Sequence record: NZ_CP024444.1
Strand: one strand, 5' to 3'
From: a plasmid
Length of the DNA: 64,000 nucleotides
The notes under the pieces were generated by a model. That model searched no databases. It saw only the letters and a list, made by a program, of their open reading frames with translations, and was not told the origin of the DNA. This document shows positions 30,578-39,943 of this stretch, one piece after another. Positions within the stretch are counted from its first letter, which is position 1, and the number at the start of each line of letters is the position of its first letter. The position numbers were made by a program, and so were the translations under genes.

Positions 30578-31240
30578 CTAGTTAAATACCATCCAAATAC
30601 TGTAAAAAGCAGCAATCAACACGAATAATAATGCGACCCAAAAAGATGAATGGCTAAATTCTTTGTTGTTAGTTAAAAATGCTTGAAATTGACTTAGTTT
30701 TTGCTCGATAACGGGTCGTTTAACCACGTCCACGTGATAGTCAATCTGTCTTAACATCGCAAATTCTGTTTGACTATCAAAAAGCTTGTCGACATCATAA
30801 AAGACGCCATGGTCAATCACGCCAGTAGGCTTGGGCATCCCGTTAATGACCAGCTCTTGGGTCGCTTGCTCATAATTCAGGATTTTGTTATTTTTAAAAC
30901 GGTAGTACATCCAATCGTCACGATTATCACAATCAAAGAAATTATTAACCAATGAACTGGCTGTTTTAAAACTTGATACGTCAACGGTAGCACTGCTTTC
31001 TAAGCGAACAATATAAGCCTTAAATCGATTTTCATAATCATCATAGACATGGGTATCGTCTTCGACAAGAACATCACCTACTACCGTAATGGCAGCAAGC
31101 TGTGAGCAATGGTACATCACGGATATAGCATGATTGTTGTATTGCACACGGTTGGTTGCGTTGCCATCCATCTTCCCAAAAACGTAACATTCTAACTCTT
31201 TGAGCGCATCACGTTTTAATGTATAGCCGATTTTACCCAT
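30578..31240 (-). CDS. hypothetical membrane-anchored protein (single C-terminal TM)
   Basis: 220 aa. C-terminal FWVALLFVLIAAFYSIWMVF helix. Confidence 0.4.
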   Translation of the reverse strand: MGKIGYTLKRDALKELECYVFGKMDGNATNRVQYNNHAISVMYHCSQLAAITVVGDVLVEDDTHVYDDYENRFKAYIVRLESSATVDVSSFKTASSLVNNFFDCDNRDDWMYYRFKNNKILNYEQATQELVINGMPKPTGVIDHGVFYDVDKLFDSQTEFAMLRQIDYHVDVVKRPVIEQKLSQFQAFLTNNKEFSHSSFWVALLFVLIAAFYSIWMVFN

Positions 31241-31474
31241 ACTACACCTGTCTTTTTAGCTGTATTTTTCTACCAAAGACATGATTTTGCGCTCGTTTGG
31301 CCACAAAATATGATAATCACTACAAATTCTAAAATCGACCTTTTGGGCATTTTTGATGGCATCCCAGCTTTCTTTCTCAAACTCACTACTTAGCACAAAA
31401 CGCCCGGTAGTGTCAAAATAGTAAGTTTTAGATTAAAATAAACGCATTTCATCACCAACAAAGATATTCCCCCT

Positions 31475-31777
31475 ATGATAACCGAAGAACAAACCTACCA
31501 TTGCCGAAAATGCCAATCTACCAACGTTAGAAGAAATGGGTACAACAAAGCGAAAAGTGAACTATACCATTGTTATGACTGCAACTTTTACGGTGTCATG
31601 TACCCAAAAGTAAAATACAGCGAAGCACGCAAAGAAGAAATCATCAACGCTTATCATGAAAGAGCTAGTATGAGAGGCATACAACGGATCTATGGCACAG
31701 CGCCAGCCACGTTAAGCAACTGGTTAAAAAAAAGCCCAGATACCGACAATCCAACACCTACTACCTGCAAAACCTGA
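31475..31777 (+). CDS. IS1-family InsA-like protein (Zn finger plus HTH)
   Basis: CRKCQS...CYDC zinc finger; IQRIYGTAPATLSNWLKK HTH. Confidence 0.7.
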   Translation: MITEEQTYHCRKCQSTNVRRNGYNKAKSELYHCYDCNFYGVMYPKVKYSEARKEEIINAYHERASMRGIQRIYGTAPATLSNWLKKSPDTDNPTPTTCKT

Positions 31778-31799
31778 TGACATTCTAGAACTTGACGAA

Positions 31800-32207
31800 A
31801 TGTGGACATTCGTACAGAAACGAGACAACAAACAATGGCTTTGGCTTGCCTTATGTCGTAGAACAAAACAAATAGTCGGTTATTATATTGGTGATAGAGG
31901 CATCAAAGCCTGTAAGCAATTTAGCGCAAACATTGCGCCAGGTTATCAAAACCTCATCACCAAAAGCGATATGTGGAAAGCCTATAATAAAACCTTTGAT
32001 CCAAGTCTGCATGAATGTAGCGAGTATCGGGGTGAAACAAGCCATATAGAGCGTTGTAATGCGACTGTCCGGGCTAGAATGGGTCGGCTTGTTCGTAAGA
32101 GCTTGAGTTTCTCTAAGCAACAAGCAATGCACATTTCTGCTATTCATGTTTTTATCAACAAGTATAATGTTCAAAAGGCTAATGAATATAGAAAACTTAC
32201 TATTTAA
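31800..32207 (+). CDS. IS1-family InsB-like transposase catalytic part
   Basis: DEMWTFVQKRDNKQWLWLAL...IERCNATVR is conserved in IS1 InsB. Confidence 0.7.
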   Translation: MWTFVQKRDNKQWLWLALCRRTKQIVGYYIGDRGIKACKQFSANIAPGYQNLITKSDMWKAYNKTFDPSLHECSEYRGETSHIERCNATVRARMGRLVRKSLSFSKQQAMHISAIHVFINKYNVQKANEYRKLTI

Positions 32208-32288
32208 ACACCACCAACGCCCATCTGACGTAGTGCTGCTTAGTGTGGTAGCTGCGATATCTCGCCCGTCTGCTCGCCAGTAAACTGT

Positions 32289-32630
32289 TTGGCAAGCCTT
32301 AAAGTCGTTATTCAAAAAGGTGATCGCATGCGCTGGCTTATACAAAATAACAATGGGAAAACTAACATCGTTTTCATTATGCCGACCTCGAAACCCAAGT
32401 ATGCCATTATGCTTTTCAAACGCACCGCCAAACGCTCTAAAACCTATGGGGGTATTGCTATCTGTTGTGGTGCTAGTCTTCACGCGCTTGGTCTTAGGTT
32501 TGGTGTTTTTTTTGCTTTTACTGGCGTGTGTCTTATTGCTGTGTGCTTTACTGGTTTTAGCCATCGCAGGCGTGCTGGCAATCATACCGATTAAAGCCAG
32601 TGCTGTTATTAACTTGGTACTCAATTTCAT
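32289..32630 (-). pseudogene. small lysine-rich secreted/lipoprotein-like gene, 3' end apparently fused into or disrupted by the IS1-family element
   Basis: Signal peptide MKLSTKLITALALIGMIASTPAMA, then K/T-rich region. The ORF reads through into IS sequence (track ORF 31851-32630). Confidence 0.35.
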
Positions 32631-34291
32631 GCGCTTTCCCCCATAGAATTTTGATTGTCTTTTGATTTATCGGCATCGCCATCTTTAACGGTCAAATTGA
32701 TATCACCAAGCTCTTTTAATAGCCAATCAAGACGGGCAACATACAGCTTTTTTCGTGCGCGTGTTAAGGTGACATACAACAGACGGTATTCTTCTTTGGT
32801 CGTTGATTTACGCTTTTTGTCACTACTGCCCGAATCAAAAAAATGGTCTAAAAAGTCACCGTGTACCATCACCCGGTCCCACTCACACCCTTTACTGCGG
32901 TGGGCGGTGGTAACAATTAGGTCAAACTCATTGCCGTCACTTGACTGAAAGTCGTCGATTTTGCTTAATTGGCAACGGGTTAATGCGCTTGAGATAATGT
33001 CGTACTCATACTGCTCAAGAATTTTCACGAACGGCACGATGGCTTGGTCACCAGGATAGTCTTCACAATACTGCTGAAGCTCACTATAGCTTTTAAATGA
33101 GCTAAGTAGGGGGTGCTTTAAGGGGCGTCTGCCTAATGAAAACTCGTGCAAATTATTAATCATGTCTAAGCATTCTTTGACATTGATGTTTTGTGGTTGG
33201 GCTTTTAACCCGTGCTTTTCATACTCAAGCAGGCATTCAAGCGCACCTAAGTTAGTACGGCAAAGCACCGCATCGATGTCTTTGGGTAGCTTATTGCTGC
33301 CATCAACCAGTGTTTCGGTGTCAGGAAGTCCCCTAAAGGTGTTAGCTTCGCCTAATCGGTCTAATATGGGCTGGCATGTTTTGGCAAGATTGTCGCCAAA
33401 GCGAAAAGATTGGGTTAAATAATATGACGGTAAGGGTAGGGCTTGCATGACGTTAATCGCGCCACGCCATGAATAGATTTGTTGGTGCGGATCGCCCACA
33501 TAAATCACTTGTACATGGCTAGGCTGTTTTAATAGCACGCCAAGCATAATGGGGTCGGCATCTTGTGCTTCATCAAACAAGATAAAATCGGCATCAATAA
33601 TCGGCTCACTATTCGCCCAATACTTTAAATAGACATTGTGATTATTGCCGATACCTAATTCATCAAACTCATTGGTGTATCGGTTCCATAAGATTTCAGC
33701 TAGGGGGAATAACCGTAGCACGATGTTTTTTTGGTCTTCTTCTATCACATCGGGTAATAACTCGCGTACCGCTTCAGCAATGTGACGTTCGGCTGGGTAT
33801 TTGGCTGCTGTCGACATGTACTTATCAAGCCCAGCATCAATAATACGTTTTTGGAAAAACCCACTAACCTTGGTCTTACCGTTTTTCTTCGGTGCACCCG
33901 GGGCAGGCGAGCTGAAGGTTCTTACACTAAAGTCTTTTAAATTGTAATGCGCGATAAAGTCTTTAGGGTGGAATGCCTGACCTTTAAGCTTATTTTTCAT
34001 CCAAGCTGGACATTGACTTAACGCTAAGGAATGAAAGGTGCAAGCATGGACACCAACAGGCATTTTTTGCTTGGCCTCTTTTGCGATATCTTTATTGAAA
34101 GCTAGGTATTTACCAACCTTTCTACTACCGTAACGGTTTGGTTGTTGGCATAGGGCGTGGGCGATTAATACTAGGGTGGAAGTCTTGCCGGACCCTGCCA
34201 GCGCAATGAGTTTAAGGCTATGACCCTCTAAAGCTGCATTTAATGCCGCTTGCTGTTCCGCTGTTGGTGGGAACTTGTTTTTTGAAGACAT
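32627..34291 (-). CDS. UvrD/Rep-family superfamily-1 DNA helicase
   Basis: Walker A (LAGSGKTSTL), motif DEAQD, GDPHQQIYSWRGA, motif VI-like (TAHRSKGCEWDRVMV). About 555 aa. Confidence 0.75.
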   Translation of the reverse strand: MSSKNKFPPTAEQQAALNAALEGHSLKLIALAGSGKTSTLVLIAHALCQQPNRYGSRKVGKYLAFNKDIAKEAKQKMPVGVHACTFHSLALSQCPAWMKNKLKGQAFHPKDFIAHYNLKDFSVRTFSSPAPGAPKKNGKTKVSGFFQKRIIDAGLDKYMSTAAKYPAERHIAEAVRELLPDVIEEDQKNIVLRLFPLAEILWNRYTNEFDELGIGNNHNVYLKYWANSEPIIDADFILFDEAQDADPIMLGVLLKQPSHVQVIYVGDPHQQIYSWRGAINVMQALPLPSYYLTQSFRFGDNLAKTCQPILDRLGEANTFRGLPDTETLVDGSNKLPKDIDAVLCRTNLGALECLLEYEKHGLKAQPQNINVKECLDMINNLHEFSLGRRPLKHPLLSSFKSYSELQQYCEDYPGDQAIVPFVKILEQYEYDIISSALTRCQLSKIDDFQSSDGNEFDLIVTTAHRSKGCEWDRVMVHGDFLDHFFDSGSSDKKRKSTTKEEYRLLYVTLTRARKKLYVARLDWLLKELGDINLTVKDGDADKSKDNQNSMGESA

Positions 34292-34424
34292 GTGATATCC
34301 ATTTGTGCCTATACTAGACACAGCTTATTCGCTAATAATTAATACAATACCAAAATGGTCTTTTGATATATAAAGAGGCTAACGCCTTGATATGGTTGGT
34401 GTTACGCACACCGATAAAAAACGC

Positions 34425-34895
34425 TTAATTAATTTTATCAAAGTTGGTTAACAATTCATACCAACATTTGTCTGACCCATCAAACTCACTATTGGTGAGT
34501 AATTGACGTAGCTTACCGTTTTTCATATTAGCCAGTGCCGAGCTATGTTGTTCGGTAAATGTATCGAGATCAAACGGGGTTTGGGTAGTATCAAGTAGAG
34601 TCACCTGTTCTGCGATGATTTCATCGATGATAATGCGCTTACCCTTAACTTTCATGTCACGTTTTAATAATTTACCAATGACCCGTACCCAACAATCACG
34701 GGTTAACTGCGCTAAACTTATCTCGTCACCCAGCCTATCTAGGTAGATGTAAACCCGATGGATTTGATGGCAGTCTTCATGGAAAAAACTGGTTTCTTCA
34801 ATTTGGACTAAAGCCATTTCACCATAGGGTGTATCTTGACAAACAGGGTTCCCGATAAGTTTGCCTTGAAGAACAAACATTTGGAAACTTTTCAT
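34425..34895 (-). CDS. OB-fold ssDNA-binding protein (PriB/SSB-like)
   Basis: The N-terminal 100 aa (MFVLQGKLIGNPV...GEMALVQIEE...VYIYLDRLGDEISLAQLTRDCWVRVIGKL) follow the PriB/SSB OB-fold spacing. Confidence 0.45.
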   Translation of the reverse strand: MKSFQMFVLQGKLIGNPVCQDTPYGEMALVQIEETSFFHEDCHQIHRVYIYLDRLGDEISLAQLTRDCWVRVIGKLLKRDMKVKGKRIIIDEIIAEQVTLLDTTQTPFDLDTFTEQHSSALANMKNGKLRQLLTNSEFDGSDKCWYELLTNFDKIN

Positions 34896-34996
34896 GCGCT
34901 ATACCTACTAACTGACACAGTTTAATGATATTATCATATTTATAGTGGGTTAAACTCACTCTTGATTTCTTTTAGCGAATAAAATCATCACGAGGT

Positions 34997-37651
34997 TTGA
35001 TTATGTGCCCTGCGCCTGTTCAATCTAAGCCAAAGACTACCTATGTCATGACGCCTGAACAACAAGCCGTTCAGGATGCCAGGGACAAATTTTTTGATAC
35101 GCATAAAGGTATCAATCCTGTGTTTTTAAAAGCCTGCCTGACACGCGAAGATTTAGCTGAAGCCATGAGTGCTAAATTGTTTGCTGAAGCTGGCGTGATT
35201 ATCAGCTCTGATAAATTACTTGTTGGCGGTACCTTTAAAAAAGAAGTGGATGTTGTCAATTCCGATGGGAAAACCATATTGGGTTCTAAGGACCGTAAAG
35301 GCTTCGTCAAAGCCAGTGTTGAAGGGGGATGTGGTTATTACGCCCAAAACCATGCAACAGGTGAAGAAATCCGTGGTAGCCTTACTATCGACGACGTTGA
35401 CCAATACTTATCAAGCTTTAGTAAATCTGACTTGGATGACCGCGGTTGGCTACGTTCACACTTGGTAATCAATAAAGTTGGCTCAAAAGCCTCGCCCGAA
35501 CGTTCTAATCAAGCCAGTTTATCAAGAGAACAAATTGAAGCAGAACGCTTAAGAAGAGAACAAGAAGAGGCAATTTTGCAACGTGGCAGACAAGATAATG
35601 CAGCTCGCCTATGTCAAACACGCTTTGCTACCGCGCAGCAAAACCGCTTAAACTTCACCTCTAATCAACCCGACGTTCATATCCCAATGCATGGCAATCA
35701 TCAGTACCTAGTCGACAAATATGACTACTTTTTGCCAAACATTGAGCCGTACCTACAAAACACCTTAATTGAAAAAAACAATAGACCGATACATGAGCAA
35801 GTGCTACTGGTACCAGGCTATCGTTCGAGTGATGATAAGCTCATTAATATTCAGCCTATCCAAGTGAGTATGGAGGGTGATAAATATGAGTATAAATCCA
35901 ACGGCAAATACAAATATTCAAAGAAAAACACCCCGAATGCCGAAAAAACAGGGATGTATCATCCTGTCTTTAATCACCCAACCAATGACACTGAAATCAT
36001 TTTGGCAGGCGAGGGGTTAACCTCTGCCGCTGCATTCGCGATTGGCATGGATGTATTAAATGACCCAAACAAAGATAAGATTGCGGTGATTTCGGTGTTT
36101 GATGCCAATAACGCCTTTCCAACCCTAAAAACAATGGCGGAACGTTTCCCAAATGCCACCATTATTTATGCCACTGACAATGACTTGCATAAATACAATC
36201 AAGCAGCTGCCGAAGGACGCACCATTAGAAATGCCGGGCTTGATGCCGCGAACAAGCTTGAAACAATTGGTATTCCATCGGTTACCCCTGATATTAGCTT
36301 GTTGCACAACGGGCAAAGTGACTGGGATGATGTGTTGGCAAATATCCGTGATACATTAACAGAACGAAACGGCTCGCCAGCAAGCTTTGATGAAACCATG
36401 CAATATTTTCAGCCATTGGTTCAGCAAACTATGCAGCAAACCCTAGAGAACTTCAAACAGCGTCTAGCGCAAATCAATAGTGAACTACAGCAAAATGCTG
36501 GCGTGTCGAACGAAACAGTCAACCAAGCCCAAGAGCAGTACCAAGCACAGCAAACCCAACAACACCAACAAGAAAAAGTTGCAGATATGCTAAATCCATC
36601 AATCCCTGAACGTTCAATTACCGACGATATTGTATTGGCAGCATCCAATGTGAACTTTAAAAAATTACTTGTGAATGTCATGGACACACTTAAAGAATAC
36701 CCACCAACGCAGCATTGGTCAAATGAGCTCGATGGTTCAATTACGCTACTCAATCAAATGCCAATCGATCCTGATATTTCAAAAAAACACACTCAAAAAG
36801 AGTTAGCTCAAGCCAGCCGTAACACTCTTGAAAGTTTTGCTAAACTCATTACCGCTGGTACCACGCATAACTACGATGGCATTGATAACCGTCAATTGGT
36901 TGCAACCATTGGTGACCAACATTGGGTGCAATACGGTGGCGTGAACCCAAAATACGTTGAAGCATTTAATTCAGCAGTTGACAATGTAGCCAACAACACC
37001 GCACAACAGCCGTCCCAATTTGATAAACCAAAATGGCTTGGCTTGTTGCAAGATGCCATTGCTGACAAGATTATCGAAACAGCCAACGCGATGGGACAAC
37101 CCGTCCCGGCAACCAATGCGCCATTAAACACCCAAACCCACCAAAGACAAGTCGATTCCAATACCGCCTATATGTTTCGTGAGTCTTTAAAAGACCATCA
37201 GTTCGCTAATGGGGTAGATTTTTTGGTAGGCAAGCTTCAAGTTGATGGTAAGTACGAACCAACGCAAGTTGAGCAACTAAGGCAAGCAATCACCCAAACC
37301 ATTGAGTACCATAAAAGCCAGCCAGCCACATTCCCACGTCGAGAGTCATTAGTTGAAGCATCCTCTTCGCTGGCGAGTATGTTATCAGCTGGCATCAATG
37401 ATAAAGAAAAACTGATTGCCGATATTAATACACAAATGCCTGTATTGCCAAAATACAAAAACTCGTTTATCTCAACTATCCAACGTGAGATTACCCAGCC
37501 TTTACAAGCGTCTAATCAGCACTTGCCAAGTTGGACTCAAGCCTTTATTCATGAGCAACCACAACAGCAAGCAAGCTTACAAGCACATCAACAGGCGACA
37601 AATGATAAAAAAAAGGACTTAACCTCGACAGCTAATGACTTAGCACTTTAA
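34997..37651 (+). CDS. Toprim-domain protein (putative plasmid/ICE primase-like replication or mobilisation protein) with a Q-rich C-terminal region
   Basis: 884 aa. Toprim signatures EIILAGEGLTSAAAFA (conserved Glu) and IIYATDNDLHKY (DxD). Low-complexity Q-rich segment around 36400-36600. No relaxase HxH motif was seen. Confidence 0.55.
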   Translation: MIMCPAPVQSKPKTTYVMTPEQQAVQDARDKFFDTHKGINPVFLKACLTREDLAEAMSAKLFAEAGVIISSDKLLVGGTFKKEVDVVNSDGKTILGSKDRKGFVKASVEGGCGYYAQNHATGEEIRGSLTIDDVDQYLSSFSKSDLDDRGWLRSHLVINKVGSKASPERSNQASLSREQIEAERLRREQEEAILQRGRQDNAARLCQTRFATAQQNRLNFTSNQPDVHIPMHGNHQYLVDKYDYFLPNIEPYLQNTLIEKNNRPIHEQVLLVPGYRSSDDKLINIQPIQVSMEGDKYEYKSNGKYKYSKKNTPNAEKTGMYHPVFNHPTNDTEIILAGEGLTSAAAFAIGMDVLNDPNKDKIAVISVFDANNAFPTLKTMAERFPNATIIYATDNDLHKYNQAAAEGRTIRNAGLDAANKLETIGIPSVTPDISLLHNGQSDWDDVLANIRDTLTERNGSPASFDETMQYFQPLVQQTMQQTLENFKQRLAQINSELQQNAGVSNETVNQAQEQYQAQQTQQHQQEKVADMLNPSIPERSITDDIVLAASNVNFKKLLVNVMDTLKEYPPTQHWSNELDGSITLLNQMPIDPDISKKHTQKELAQASRNTLESFAKLITAGTTHNYDGIDNRQLVATIGDQHWVQYGGVNPKYVEAFNSAVDNVANNTAQQPSQFDKPKWLGLLQDAIADKIIETANAMGQPVPATNAPLNTQTHQRQVDSNTAYMFRESLKDHQFANGVDFLVGKLQVDGKYEPTQVEQLRQAITQTIEYHKSQPATFPRRESLVEASSSLASMLSAGINDKEKLIADINTQMPVLPKYKNSFISTIQREITQPLQASNQHLPSWTQAFIHEQPQQQASLQAHQQATNDKKKDLTSTANDLAL

Positions 37652-37806
37652 ATAGTGTAAATATTTGCAATTAAGCACTATATATAGTTGACTATTGCCT
37701 ACCTAATATCTATACTTCATATAACACAGGTTATGTGTGCGTTATAAATAATAGTGCTCTCTCGACAAGTGCAGTATTTAAATCTTGCTAAGTAATTATA
37801 AAGTAA

Positions 37807-37840
37807 AGGCCCTGATTATCAGGGCTTTTGCTTTTTTTTT
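37807..37840 (+). terminator. rho-independent terminator
   Basis: AAGGCCCTGATTATCAGGGCTTTTGCTTTTTTTTT: 8-bp stem plus T-run, after the Toprim gene. Confidence 0.6.
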
Positions 37841-37992
37841 GCCTCTAAATAATATAAAATCACTGTTAACATTTATGGGCTTTTGTAAGAATTTGCTAAG
37901 TAAATAAATAAAGAAAAGTCAAACTATTGACAATGGGTGTTATTGTTTATACAATCCTATTATCAAAAAATTGTTATCAGTGAAGGTGACGC

Positions 37993-38985
37993 ATGTTATC
38001 GCTTAGTGAATCAACAGCTCAATACTTTAGATGGTCGTTGTTGAGCCACATCATATTCCCATCCCCAGCAAATTCATCGCCAATTTGCTTGGAATCGCGT
38101 GCTGAAAAAATGTTTAAGCACTTTACCAACATGCAGATTACTTTTCTTGCTGACGAAACAGAAAATAATTCACATTACAAAATCAGCGACAATGAAGTGC
38201 GTTATGCCATTGCGTATGCCAAGCATTATGTATTAGAAAGTGGGGAAGTGGTAATACCTGATTTATTGACCCCAAAAGATATGCTGCGCAACTTGTCGCC
38301 GCTGGCAGAACACTGCTATAAGATTTATGAGTTTATCTCACATCTTTCAGCGCAGTTGACCAGTTTTGATATTGTGTTTACTGGACAAGATAAACGAACA
38401 GGTGAGCAACTTATTAACTCATTTAATATCGATAATATTGAAGGGTTAAAAGATTTTGCGAAAGATATGTTCATGTATTATTTGGTGTCCGAAGTAACCC
38501 AAATGCACCCGGTAATGGATGGTATTCAACCTGTCTTATTTGAGAATATCTCAATGAAAGACATGTTAAAGTCAATGTCTTCCGGCATTATCTACCCATT
38601 AGTATCTATTTTGTCCCTGCTTGAAGCAAATAATTGTTCGGCTGCACGAATTGATGTTACCGATGGGGTTTATTACTTCACATTGGTTAATCGCCAAGTG
38701 CTTTCACTTACTGTGCTATCACATGAAAATCAATCGATGTTGATTGAACTACGTGAAGATGACACTTGCAGTAATCAGGTTGGCATTTTCACCAAATTCT
38801 TGAAGCCAGCTGGCGTGGTGCCTGTTGATAAGACATCTGCAGGCTATGAAGCCAAACAATTTCAGAACCAACGTGTGTATGTGTTGAGCTACTCGGTCTT
38901 AACCAATATCATCAAGTATGATTATGTCACTACCATGCCTAAGCTTAACTACTACCGCTTATTAAATAACATTAAATATCGTTAA
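37993..38985 (+). CDS. hypothetical protein
   Basis: 330 aa. AAGGTGA RBS before the ATG at 37993. No recognisable domain. Confidence 0.45.
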   Translation: MLSLSESTAQYFRWSLLSHIIFPSPANSSPICLESRAEKMFKHFTNMQITFLADETENNSHYKISDNEVRYAIAYAKHYVLESGEVVIPDLLTPKDMLRNLSPLAEHCYKIYEFISHLSAQLTSFDIVFTGQDKRTGEQLINSFNIDNIEGLKDFAKDMFMYYLVSEVTQMHPVMDGIQPVLFENISMKDMLKSMSSGIIYPLVSILSLLEANNCSAARIDVTDGVYYFTLVNRQVLSLTVLSHENQSMLIELREDDTCSNQVGIFTKFLKPAGVVPVDKTSAGYEAKQFQNQRVYVLSYSVLTNIIKYDYVTTMPKLNYYRLLNNIKYR

Positions 38986-39007
38986 TTCTAAGCGGATAGG
39001 GCACGCA

Positions 39008-39466
39008 ATGAATAAATCAAGTAATAATCTTCAATCTGAACAGGTTGAAGATTTGCCTGCTTCAAAGCTTGTAGATCGAAATAACTTTTTCATAAACAAT
39101 GTGGTCAAGTATATCCTAATTGCGCTTACCGTTATCGTATTGATTGGTTGGTACTATCTATCCAAAAACCCAGCAATGCAAAAGCCGACAGTTAATGAAG
39201 CCTCCATTAAAATATCTCAATGGGTTGAAATAACCCAAAAGAATAAAACCACTTCAAACCTAACCATGCATTTTTCAGGCTGTTTCCCGGTCAGTGTTGA
39301 GAAGACGCCTGATTTTTTAATCTCTAATACCATCGCTATGGCGAATGAATTGTCTAAAGACTATAAGTTCAATGCGGCAGATAGTGAAGCTGTGATCCAA
39401 AACTTCTACGATAGTAAAAATTGTGCCAATGCGCCAGTTTCATCTATGATTTACGTGAACGAGTAG
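39008..39466 (+). CDS. hypothetical membrane-anchored protein (N-terminal TM)
   Basis: 152 aa. TM helix ILIALTVIVLIGWYYL. Confidence 0.4.
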   Translation: MNKSSNNLQSEQVEDLPASKLVDRNNFFINNVVKYILIALTVIVLIGWYYLSKNPAMQKPTVNEASIKISQWVEITQKNKTTSNLTMHFSGCFPVSVEKTPDFLISNTIAMANELSKDYKFNAADSEAVIQNFYDSKNCANAPVSSMIYVNE

Positions 39467-39837
39467 GATGGTGGTTGTCTTTACTGGCTGGCATGGTTTA
39501 TTTAGCAAGCGCAGCAGGGTAGAGTGGGGGTTATGAATGTTCCGGTGGACATTTTGACAGTCGGGAAGAGTAGGGATTTTCTATTTTGCTCAAAAACCCC
39601 TTTATTTTCGATTTTAGTCAAAGCCAATAGTAAGCTATTAATATTTCCCAATCACTAATAAAGCTAAAATAAGCGCATTTTAGCCTTTTTTGTCATTATT
39701 GAATAAAAAACGGTATTGTTTTACCATTTTGCCTTTCTTGATTTGCTCGTAATTTACCATGATGCCCATTGTTTGTTGAAGTTCATTGATTGCTTTGTCT
39801 AGGACGTGAACCCGAAAGTCATAGTTACGGCTATATA

Positions 39838-39918
39838 GGGGTCGTTTGCGGGAGAGGGCGAAATCCTACGCTAAGGCTTTGGCCAACGATATTCTCCGGT
39901 AAGATTGATGTGTTCCCA
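39838..39918. repeat. Tn5393-type 81-bp terminal inverted repeat remnant (downstream of strB)
   Basis: GGGGTCGTTTGCGGGAGAGGGCGAAATCCTACGCTAAGG... resembles the Tn3-family IR of Tn5393 (GGGGTCGTCTCAGAAAACGG...ACGCTAAG). GC-rich segment boundary. Confidence 0.6.
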
Positions 39919-39943
39919 GGGGATAGGAGAAGTCGCTTGATAT

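Larger units (their letters stand above)
31400..32260 (+). mobile_element. IS1-family insertion sequence (two-ORF InsA/InsB type; approximate bounds)
   Basis: InsA-like zinc-finger ORF plus InsB-like ORF in the -1 frame (DEMWTFV motif). Left end resembles the IS1 IR (GGTAGTGTCAAAATAGTAAG). Confidence 0.65.

Noticed and set aside
31851-32630. 259-aa minus-strand ORF spanning the IS1-family element
   Set aside because: It is chimeric. Only the first ~115 aa (signal peptide plus Lys-rich region, 32289-32630) look genuine. The remainder is antisense read-through across IS1 InsB sequence with no stop codon.
34997-37651. Possibility that the 884-aa Toprim protein is a MOBQ/MOBP relaxase-primase fusion
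   Set aside because: No relaxase HxH / 3-His motif or catalytic Tyr motif is present in the N-terminal 300 aa. Retained only as a Toprim-domain (primase-like) call.
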